A stretch of DNA of 32,000 nt from Cereibacter sphaeroides 2.4.1 (GTDB lineage: Bacteria; Pseudomonadota; Alphaproteobacteria; Rhodobacterales; Rhodobacteraceae), in NCBI RefSeq assembly GCF_000012905.2, contig NC_007493.2:630001-662000 (forward strand). Reading direction: 5' to 3'. The translations under genes were made by a program, and so were the position numbers. Shown piece by piece: positions 7,561 through 14,830 of the stretch. Within the stretch, counting starts at the first letter, position 1, and each line of letters starts with the position of its first letter. A model generated the notes under the pieces. It searched no databases, had not been told where the DNA came from, and worked only from the letters and a program-made list of their open reading frames with translations.

Positions 7561-9057
7561 ATGACGATTCCGACATTCAAAGATATTGATTTTGGAGAAA
7601 TAGATGCGAATGCGGAGCACCTCATGGCGCTGCTTAGAAGAGGCATTCCAATGTTTGAGCGGGCCTTCGTGCCTCCGCCAATGCAGAACCTTGATCGCTT
7701 TAAGCAACATGAGAAATTTTTGATCTATGGCCAGAAGGGAACTGGGAAGTCGGCAGTTCTCAGACATCTTGAGGCGCATTCAGTTAAGGCGGGATATCGA
7801 ACGGACTATATAATTTTCAAGGACAATGTCTCAGAAGAATCGGATTTGTTTGAAAGCGGAATTCTAAGCCCCGTATCCGAGCAGGATGTCTTAAAAATAC
7901 GACATTATCTTCACATTATGAAAAGAATGCTGCTCCTTAAGTTTCTCTACTTAATGATTGCGGAGAAGGGTGAGAGAGTTGCTGGAGAGTTGGATGCGGC
8001 GGCTCCCTTCTTGGGCAAGGTCATGGAGTGGTTCAAGAATTCAACGCTTTCGGACGTATCATCTTACGCAATCCGAACAGCATTTGATTTAGCTTCATCG
8101 GTAAAGAAAGACGAACAAGAAGGATTGAGGTCGATTGACTTTGGCAAGCTCTTAAAGGGTCAAAACGATACGCTGCTGAAATCTCTCGTCGCTCAGGCTA
8201 AGAAGGAGAGCTTCAAGGCTGTAATTTTCGTTGATGAAATCCACTTCTCATTTAAGGATAACGAATCTTATAGACAAGATGCGATGTTGGTTCGCGATTG
8301 CATCGCTGCGGCTTTGAACCTTAACGAGACATTCATTCGAAACGGCGTAACCTGCTTTGTCCAAGTGGCCGTTCGGTCGGAATTTCTTGAGCACCCCGTT
8401 ATTGCACAGGCGGAAATACAAAATCAAATTCATTCATTTGGCGAGCCTATAGATTGGTCGAGTGAGAAATATGATGAAAAATCTAGGCTTTGGGGTTTTG
8501 TTTTGGCGAGAGTTAAACTCGAAGATAGCCGAGTCACCTCAAGGCAATTCTTCGATAATTATGTAGGGAATGGAAGAGCAACGTCGCTTCTTGAACATAC
8601 CTGGTCTAAGCCTCGAGATTTGATTCGCTTCTTCAACGTTGCAAAACGCCGTTATCCAAAAAAAACTAATCTCGACAAGGCTGATTTTGATAGCGTCATC
8701 AAGGAATATAGTATCGAGGCATGGCGGGAACTTAGGACAGCACTCTCATCCTTCCTAAACGAGTCCGCTCTGCTCAGGCTGGAAGAGTTCTTAGGAGAGA
8801 ATGCGCACAGAAATTATAACCATACCCCCTTCAAGAAAGAAGATCTTGTGGATTTCCTGATGGGCGTAAAGTCGGAGTTTGATAATAATTTGGATGTGGG
8901 ACTGGTTTTGGGCTTGCTATATATATTGGGCGTCCTGCAGATGCGTAGTGAGATGGCTGGCGGGACGATATTCAACGCCTACCATCGCGCAAATCTTCAG
9001 CCGAAATGGGATTGGGAGATTTATATGCACCCCGCTGTTGCGAAAAGATTTTCATAG
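7561..9057 (+). CDS. orphan P-loop NTPase of unassigned family (candidate defence/Abi protein)
   Basis: 498-aa ORF, ATG 7561 with AAAAGGGG upstream, about 40% GC. Walker A is GQKGTGKS (7729-7752) and Walker B is VIFVDEIH (8221-8244). No effector domain is recognisable. Confidence 0.85.
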   Translation: MTIPTFKDIDFGEIDANAEHLMALLRRGIPMFERAFVPPPMQNLDRFKQHEKFLIYGQKGTGKSAVLRHLEAHSVKAGYRTDYIIFKDNVSEESDLFESGILSPVSEQDVLKIRHYLHIMKRMLLLKFLYLMIAEKGERVAGELDAAAPFLGKVMEWFKNSTLSDVSSYAIRTAFDLASSVKKDEQEGLRSIDFGKLLKGQNDTLLKSLVAQAKKESFKAVIFVDEIHFSFKDNESYRQDAMLVRDCIAAALNLNETFIRNGVTCFVQVAVRSEFLEHPVIAQAEIQNQIHSFGEPIDWSSEKYDEKSRLWGFVLARVKLEDSRVTSRQFFDNYVGNGRATSLLEHTWSKPRDLIRFFNVAKRRYPKKTNLDKADFDSVIKEYSIEAWRELRTALSSFLNESALLRLEEFLGENAHRNYNHTPFKKEDLVDFLMGVKSEFDNNLDVGLVLGLLYILGVLQMRSEMAGGTIFNAYHRANLQPKWDWEIYMHPAVAKRFS

Positions 9058-9092
9058 TGGGATTGGGGGCGGCACCACGCCGTTCCTGCCAT

Positions 9093-9286
9093 GAACGGTA
9101 GCTATGGGCTGTGAGCGCCTATCGCTGCGGCTTGCCCGAGTGACCGCTTCGGCGGCAGACACCGGGAGTTCCGACCGTCGGCTGTGGGCCGCAATGGGCG
9201 GGGCTGAACAGGTCGTGCCAAGCGTTCCTTCCTGTGCGCTACGGCCGCTTCCCTGCGCATCGCCGCCATCCGAGCGTGGCGCGGCG
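9093..9286 (+). repeat. cassette 3' element, copy B (after the NTPase gene)
   Basis: GAACGGTAGCTATGGGCT (9093-9110) matches GAATGGTAGCTCAGGGCC (14720-14737) at 14 of 18 positions. The core GGCCGCTTCCCTGCGCAT (9243-9260) differs from 14779-14795 by a 1-nt indel. The next about 24 nt are roughly two-thirds identical. Copy B carries about 90 extra nt between the blocks. Confidence 0.65.
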
Positions 9287-9533
9287 AAAGACCGCAGGCA
9301 GCCCTTTACCGCCACTCATGCGAAGCGGAGCATGACGCCCAGCGTCTTCGCTGAGGGCGGAAAGCCGTCAGTCGTCAATGCAGCGTGGCAACTGTAGCAG
9401 CTGTGGGGAAGCAGTCTTTCGCGCTGTGCAGAACGAGAACCCGACAAATCGACGGGTGTGCCGCTACCTATTGACTAGGCTTCGAAATTACTGAACTTCA
9501 GGTGCGTTGGAGTAGCATGTCGGGAGAAGAACG

Positions 9534-11048
9534 ATGGCAGATCCGAGTGCGCGGTGGCACGGAGACGACTATCAGTCACGCCATTTCTGGATACATGCCG
9601 CTTCCCTCCTGGACGAGCATTCCACTCATGTAGCTGAAGTCACATTCGAAGCACACGGTCCCAAATCATTTGACGATGTCGTTGTCCGGTACGATCCCGG
9701 CCGGCCCGATCGGAGGAGCCCGGAACCAGTTCATCAGGATCACTATCAGATCAAGTGGCACACTGATCACTCGGGGCACTTCGGCTACGAGCAGCTAATG
9801 GATCCAAGGTTCATTTCGGGAACTGCCGTATCGTTGCTCGAAAGGTTGCGCAATGCGAAGCTGACTGCCCCCCCGAACTCAGCCTTCCATTTTGTCACCA
9901 CCCATGACTTGACGCAGGGCGACCCGCTGCGGGAACTTGTCTCCAATGTGGACCATTCAATCCGCCTGAAGATCCTTAAAGAGGGTAAAACCGCTAGAAG
10001 CACGATGGGAAAGGTCCGGAAAGCTTGGTGCAAACATCTCAAGGTGACGGACGAAGAGCTTTTCGACATTCTGACCGGCTTCCACATAGAGACCCGTGCC
10101 CGAAGCCTAGAGTCTTTGCGAACCGAAGTGGCCATGCGTTTCCGGACGGTTGGCCTGAACGGCCACGAGACCGATACGATTTTCCCCTATGATGGGTTCG
10201 CAAGGGAGCTCGTCGTCAAGCAAATCCGAAGTCTGGACCGCGCCAAGTTTCGGTCCCTTTGTGAGCGAGAGGGCTGGTATCTTCAGAAGCGCGCGCCCTC
10301 CAAACGCGGGGTTGCAATCCAGACATACGCGCCCCGTGCAACGCCTGCCGATCTCCTACTTGCCGCGCCGGAGAATACCTTGGTCCTGGCTGATCACTTC
10401 AACGACCGGAAATTGAAGGAGGGGCATAGCTGGGATCAGATCAGAGATGAAGTTAGAAGCTTCTTGGACGCCAAGCTACGTGAGACCGTCGATTTCCGGC
10501 TTTTCCTCGATGCACCGTCTTCGTTGGCATTCCTGTCCGGCTCCTGTCTAGGTCTGAAATCTGGAGCATCCGTCGAGCTAGTCCAGATGGGTTACGGCAA
10601 CCCGAACCGGATCTGGGATACCGCTGACGGGCGAGGTGGTCCGCTTCCCGACATAGAGACGCTTAGAGTTGGAGACGGGCAAGACATCGGCCTCGTTATA
10701 AGCCTTGCCCGCAACGCACTTTACAAAGTGCGAGAGTATCTCCAGAGAGAATTGCCGGAGGTGGGAACCGTAATACACGTCACGCCGCCCGGGGGCGCTG
10801 CGCAGGGGTCTGTGTCGGGCGGAGAGCATGCTCTTGCCATTGCGGGTCAGGCAGGTCAAGTGGTGTCGGATCTTTCTCGGCCAGGCGGTCGTACGCATAT
10901 ATTTATTGCTGCCCCGAATGCCGTAGCGTTCTTTCTTGGTCAGCAGGCTGACTCCATGGGCGTCTGCATCCCATACGAGTTCGACTTCAAAAAGGAAGTC
11001 GACGCCTCCTATCGTCCCTCCTTCGAGATTGGACTTCAGCGGCCTTGA
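9534..11048 (+). CDS. cap4: CBASS effector, Cap4-like: DUF4297 PD-(D/E)xK nuclease fused to a SAVED sensor domain
   Basis: The N-terminus WHGDDYQSRHFWIHAASLL...VTFEA...FDDVVVRY...YQIKWH fits the DUF4297 pattern. The C-terminal half has two CARF-like pseudo-repeats ending RLFLDAPSSLAFLSGSCLG and HIFIAAPNAVAFFLGQQ, as in SAVED. The gene lies directly upstream of a CD-NTase. Confidence 0.75.
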   Translation: MADPSARWHGDDYQSRHFWIHAASLLDEHSTHVAEVTFEAHGPKSFDDVVVRYDPGRPDRRSPEPVHQDHYQIKWHTDHSGHFGYEQLMDPRFISGTAVSLLERLRNAKLTAPPNSAFHFVTTHDLTQGDPLRELVSNVDHSIRLKILKEGKTARSTMGKVRKAWCKHLKVTDEELFDILTGFHIETRARSLESLRTEVAMRFRTVGLNGHETDTIFPYDGFARELVVKQIRSLDRAKFRSLCEREGWYLQKRAPSKRGVAIQTYAPRATPADLLLAAPENTLVLADHFNDRKLKEGHSWDQIRDEVRSFLDAKLRETVDFRLFLDAPSSLAFLSGSCLGLKSGASVELVQMGYGNPNRIWDTADGRGGPLPDIETLRVGDGQDIGLVISLARNALYKVREYLQRELPEVGTVIHVTPPGGAAQGSVSGGEHALAIAGQAGQVVSDLSRPGGRTHIFIAAPNAVAFFLGQQADSMGVCIPYEFDFKKEVDASYRPSFEIGLQRP

Positions 11049-11166
11049 AAGGTCGTCAGGCGACGCCCTATGCTTAGGCGATTCGCCCCCGTGCACGCTG
11101 GATAAGGTGCTTGAGGGACGGATCTGACGTATCCTATTGTTACCATTTTGGCCGGAGGAGCTCCTC

Positions 11167-12378
11167 GTGAAGCTCGAGTCGCAGTTTAGGGATTTTCTTC
11201 GTGAGATCCGCCCCACCGAAACTCAGCAAGAGGACTGGAAGGCTGGGGCGAAAACTCTGAGAACGAGGTTGGCTCAGGATCCCGACCTGAAAGACATCTT
11301 GGAAGAAACCTTCCTTCAAGGCAGCATTCGCAGATCGACCGCAATCCGTCCCAGCGGCAACAAGCGACCGGATGTGGACATTGTGGTGGTGACGAATATC
11401 GACTACACCCAGACCACACCTCAGCAGGCCATGGATCTGTTCAAGCCGTTTCTGGACAAGCACTACGGCGGTAAGTGGCGTCCGCAGGGCCGATCCTTTG
11501 GAATTGAGCTTTCATATGTCGATATGGACTTGGTGATCACCGCACTGCCCAGAACCGTGCAACTGCTCGATGAGCGTCAGGTTGCACGTTTTGCAGACAA
11601 GGACGCTCTCACCAGTATCTACAAGTCCGATGCGGCAACCTCCCTCTCGACACTGGAGGAGGACACCAGCTGGCGCCTCAACACGCGCTGGCAAGACAGC
11701 CGATCCTTCAGTGATCTTGACGGGCTGAACCGTGAGCTCGGCTCGGCTGTCAATGAAAGCCTCAAGGACGAGGTTACCGAAGAGTGGAAGTCGGAACCCT
11801 TGTGGCTCCCAGACCGAGACACCAAAAAATGGGGGCGCACACATCCCCTTCTTCAGATTTCGTGGACGGCCGAGAAAAACCGAAGGACGAACAAGACTTA
11901 TCTCCACATTGTTCGGGCCATCAAATGGTGGCGTCTGGAGATTGCGGAAAAGCTGCCCAAGTACCCCAAGGGCTACCCTCTCGAGCACATGGTTGGGCAT
12001 CTCCTCGAGGACGGGGCGGACCTGTCCACCGCTCAGGGCATCGTCCAAGTATTCGAGAGCTTCCGCGACAAGTGGCTTCTTGTAGCAAGGAACCATCAGG
12101 TCCCTGTGCTTTGTGACCACGGCGTGGCCGAGCACAATGTACTTGCCCGCCTGAGCGCCGAAGACTTCGTGGGGTTTGTCGAGGTAGTATCTAAGTTTGC
12201 AGCCCTAGCGCGCCAAGCATTCAACTCGACTGATCCTGTCGAATCCGGCAAGCTTTGGCAACAAATCTTCGGGTCTAAATTTCCACTACCCGGCCCCAAC
12301 GGCGGAGATCGAACTGGCAGCCACTTTGTCAAGCCGACCGTTGCCGCTGTGCCCCCGACCAGCGACCGCTTCGCTTGA
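11167..12378 (+). CDS. CD-NTase (SMODS-family cGAS/DncV-like nucleotidyltransferase)
   Basis: Pol-beta triad: GS 11320-11325, DVD 11371-11379, DMD 11521-11529 (QGSIRRSTAIRPSGNKRPDVDIVVV ... VDMDLVI). I prefer GTG 11167, which has GGAGGAG (11154-11160) 6 nt upstream, over the track's TTG 11137. Confidence 0.8.
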   Translation: MKLESQFRDFLREIRPTETQQEDWKAGAKTLRTRLAQDPDLKDILEETFLQGSIRRSTAIRPSGNKRPDVDIVVVTNIDYTQTTPQQAMDLFKPFLDKHYGGKWRPQGRSFGIELSYVDMDLVITALPRTVQLLDERQVARFADKDALTSIYKSDAATSLSTLEEDTSWRLNTRWQDSRSFSDLDGLNRELGSAVNESLKDEVTEEWKSEPLWLPDRDTKKWGRTHPLLQISWTAEKNRRTNKTYLHIVRAIKWWRLEIAEKLPKYPKGYPLEHMVGHLLEDGADLSTAQGIVQVFESFRDKWLLVARNHQVPVLCDHGVAEHNVLARLSAEDFVGFVEVVSKFAALARQAFNSTDPVESGKLWQQIFGSKFPLPGPNGGDRTGSHFVKPTVAAVPPTSDRFA

Positions 12379-14180
12379 AGTCGCCAAACGATGAGGAGAT
12401 CCCGGATGTTCTGCATCCGGTTACCTCCTTGCTGCGTATTGGCGTTGGTCCCGTGACTGCGCTGGAAGGTTGGAAAGAGTGGCGAAGGGGGTTTTTCTCT
12501 CTTCCGCTTGTTGCTCGTGTCACAATTTCGCCCGGCCAGAGCTTTCCTGCCGAAAGCAGATGGCACCTTGTCGTGTCCTCTGGGTCCTACCCGGCAGATA
12601 TCTTCATCTTGCCCGACAAGGTGGCAGGTCCGAACTTGACCTTTCCCCACCAGGCCGCAGTCTATTCTCGCGATGGCAAAGAACCGTGGTTGAACGGTGA
12701 GCCCTGCCTGACAGATCCGACGGCCGCGTTCGGTGATCGCCACGGATCCCGACCGGAACCCATCGCCCTTGCGGACCGGCTGATCTGGAAGGTCGAACGC
12801 TTTTCTCGCTGGTGCGAGCTAGCCGCCGCGGGTCGTCTCCATAATCCCGGTGATCACTTCGAACTCCCGCCCCTTAGCGGACATACCAATCCGATGACCA
12901 TCGGGTTCCATGAGACAGAGGGGGATCTCGTCAGATGGACCCAAGGCGCCGCTAGAGCAGGTATTGTGCACTTGGTCAGTGTATCTTCCTCTAGTAAAGT
13001 CCTTGCAGCGCAAAGTTGGCGGACAACTGAGGATGATCTCCTCCATATGCCAGATTGGGGTCTCCTGATAAAGAATCAGTCGCCGGGACAGATACCAGCG
13101 ATATGGTTCTTGCTCGAAGAGATCCCCATCATCGGTGCTTGGCAGTTGCCCCGGACATATCGGGAGCTCAGCGAGAGACTTGCAGGAGAAACGATTGACC
13201 TAGCCAAATCTTTAGCGGTGTTGGGCCAAAGCATGAGGAAAAGGAACATTAGCCGACCGGCCGTAATCATGTTCGGCTTTCCTATTCCACGGTTCTTTGG
13301 AGATGCCCCTTCGCGCATTCACTGGCTCGCAATATGTGACGTCCGCTTGACCCGAAAAAACAGCGCAAGGAATGGTTTCCGCTCCTCCGAGGCGAACCGA
13401 CAACGGTTTGATCGTGACCTCGCACGGTCAGCCAAAGCCCTTTCTTGGGCTACATGTGAAAACTGGGCACCTGATCAGATAAGGACGCGCCTGCGTAGCG
13501 CGCCGGGCTCGCAGCCGAAGATGCTGCTGATCGGTGCTGGTGCGCTTGGCAGCCAAGTTGCCGAGACGCTCATGCGTACGGGTGTGCGTGACATTGATGT
13601 GCGTGACCGAGATGAACTCGCGGCGGGAAACCTCTGCCGACACGCTCTCGATCTCACCATGATCGCTGTGAACAAGGCCGCAGCCCTAGCCGCGCAACTC
13701 AATCGCCTTCAACCTGACGGAAGAGCCCGAGGCGATGATCGGGCCTTCCCAACTGTCGGACCGGACGGGCCTGAGAATGCCGATGACTATGATGTCATCC
13801 TCGATTGCACCGGCGAGAACAAGCTGTTGCGCAGCCTTTCGATGATACCCTGGAAGTCCGAAAAACTGTTCATCTCCCTCTCTGTAAACTGGGGCGCGCG
13901 GGGTCTCATGTTCTGGTCATCTCGGGGCGCATCATTTCCGGCAGTTGATGCAACGGAACGTCTCGAGGCGCTTGCAAGAAAGTTCAGGCCCGAGGGAATC
14001 GATGAGCGGTTTGAGGGGATCGGCTGCTGGCATCCGGTCTTCCCAGCTGATGCAGCAGACATCCGAATCTGGGCCGGAATGGGGGCAAGATATGTGCTGG
14101 ACCAGATCGAGGGCGGCCCAGAGGGGTGCGGCATCTATTTCTTCAACGACGATCGGACCATCGGACTTGAGCATGGATAG
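12375..14180 (+). CDS. cap2: Cap2: E2-like / E1 (ThiF-like) fusion, CD-NTase-conjugating enzyme
   Basis: E2-like motif FPHQAAVY..DGKEPWLNGEPCL (Cys111, 12705-12707). ThiF Rossmann LLIGAGALGSQVAETLMRTGV...AAGNLCRH starts at 13521. The TTG start overlaps the CD-NTase stop (cTTGAag), and the exact start is uncertain. Confidence 0.8.
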   Translation: MKSPNDEEIPDVLHPVTSLLRIGVGPVTALEGWKEWRRGFFSLPLVARVTISPGQSFPAESRWHLVVSSGSYPADIFILPDKVAGPNLTFPHQAAVYSRDGKEPWLNGEPCLTDPTAAFGDRHGSRPEPIALADRLIWKVERFSRWCELAAAGRLHNPGDHFELPPLSGHTNPMTIGFHETEGDLVRWTQGAARAGIVHLVSVSSSSKVLAAQSWRTTEDDLLHMPDWGLLIKNQSPGQIPAIWFLLEEIPIIGAWQLPRTYRELSERLAGETIDLAKSLAVLGQSMRKRNISRPAVIMFGFPIPRFFGDAPSRIHWLAICDVRLTRKNSARNGFRSSEANRQRFDRDLARSAKALSWATCENWAPDQIRTRLRSAPGSQPKMLLIGAGALGSQVAETLMRTGVRDIDVRDRDELAAGNLCRHALDLTMIAVNKAAALAAQLNRLQPDGRARGDDRAFPTVGPDGPENADDYDVILDCTGENKLLRSLSMIPWKSEKLFISLSVNWGARGLMFWSSRGASFPAVDATERLEALARKFRPEGIDERFEGIGCWHPVFPADAADIRIWAGMGARYVLDQIEGGPEGCGIYFFNDDRTIGLEHG

Positions 14181-14691
14181 GTCTGACCGGCATTTCACAT
14201 CCGATTCTGGGGCGACGGTTACTTTAACTGCCAGAGCATTCGCGAAAATGGCCGAGTTCGCTGCCAAACGATCTCAACGCGAGACCGGAGGTATACTCAT
14301 TGGTCATTATTCAGAGGATCTGACGATCGCCAGAATAGAAGCCGCGAGTGACGAGCCGCCAGACTCGCGTGCAGGTCGGACTTGGTTCGTGCGTGGCCAA
14401 GTAGGGCTCGCCGAGATATTGCAACGGGCTTGGCGTGAGGGGCGCTACTATTTGGGTGAATGGCATTCTCACCCCGGAGCCAGCCCTGCACCGAGCGGCC
14501 CGGACTTGTCCGCCATTGCAAAGATGGCGCGTCACCCGACCTTCATTTGCCACCGTCCAATTCTGGTTATCATCGGTGGCAATTTCCATCAACAACCGCT
14601 CTTGTCCGCCACTTTGGCTGCCAAAACAGGCGTTACAACTCAGCTGCGTGCGGAACTGTACTCCAATGAGCATGAACGACTGCTTCGGTGA
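14173..14691 (+). CDS. cap3: Cap3: JAB/JAMM metallopeptidase (deconjugase)
   Basis: ATG 14173 overlaps the Cap2 stop (ATGGATAG). The JAMM motif is EWHSHPGASPAPSGPD (14458-14505), with an upstream Glu in RETGGILIG. The track's start at 13945 would overlap cap2 by 236 nt. Confidence 0.88.
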   Translation: MDRSDRHFTSDSGATVTLTARAFAKMAEFAAKRSQRETGGILIGHYSEDLTIARIEAASDEPPDSRAGRTWFVRGQVGLAEILQRAWREGRYYLGEWHSHPGASPAPSGPDLSAIAKMARHPTFICHRPILVIIGGNFHQQPLLSATLAAKTGVTTQLRAELYSNEHERLLR

Positions 14692-14719
14692 AGTTTAAGG
14701 ACACAGACGGAGGAGTATC

Positions 14720-14830
14720 GAATGGTAGCTCAGGGCCGGGCGCGCAATCTTGCTGCGCTCGGCCAAGCAGCAGCGGGGGGCCGCTTCCTGCGCATAGCGG
14801 TCATAGGAGCGCGGCCGGTTGCCGCGCGCC
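14720..14830 (+). repeat. cassette 3' element, copy C (after cap3): an imperfect palindrome containing the repeat core
   Basis: The core GGCCGCTTCCTGCGCAT is at 14779-14795. The outer arms 14739-14760 and 14807-14830 pair (GGCGCGC/GCGCGCC, AA/TT, GCGCTC/GAGCGC). An inner hairpin pairs 14767-14776 with 14781-14791. The element lies in the convergent gap between cap3 and the phage membrane-protein gene. Confidence 0.65.

Noticed and set aside
9471-9498. Sigma70-like promoter for the CBASS operon (TTGACT at 9471-9476).
   Set aside because: There is no convincing -10 hexamer at 16-18 nt spacing; the only candidates are GAACTT and TACTGA. This is too weak to annotate without TSS data.
13945-14172. 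Longer Cap3 ORF starting at 13945.
   Set aside because: It would overlap cap2 by 236 nt in another frame, and the extra residues look like junk. ATG 14173 gives a normal JAB protein of about 172 aa with an ATGGATAG stop/start overlap.
7280-14795. Whether the repeated core could be a CRISPR array or an integron attC array.
   Set aside because: There are only four core copies, in mixed orientation and with kilobase-scale irregular spacing around whole genes, so it is not CRISPR. I could not find R''/R' (RYYYAAC/GTTRRRY) boxes or an intI gene, and a 5-kb operon is atypically large for an integron cassette. The integron interpretation is therefore unsupported.
14720-14800. Possible tRNA gene: TAGCTCAG plus a perfect anticodon-like stem-loop with a CTT 'anticodon'.
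   Set aside because: There is no T-arm (no GGTTCGA-type loop) and no 3' sequence complementary to a 7-nt acceptor stem. The D-loop is too short and there is no position 26. G at position 37 is atypical for a Lys tRNA. At most it is a relic, which I discuss under the findings.
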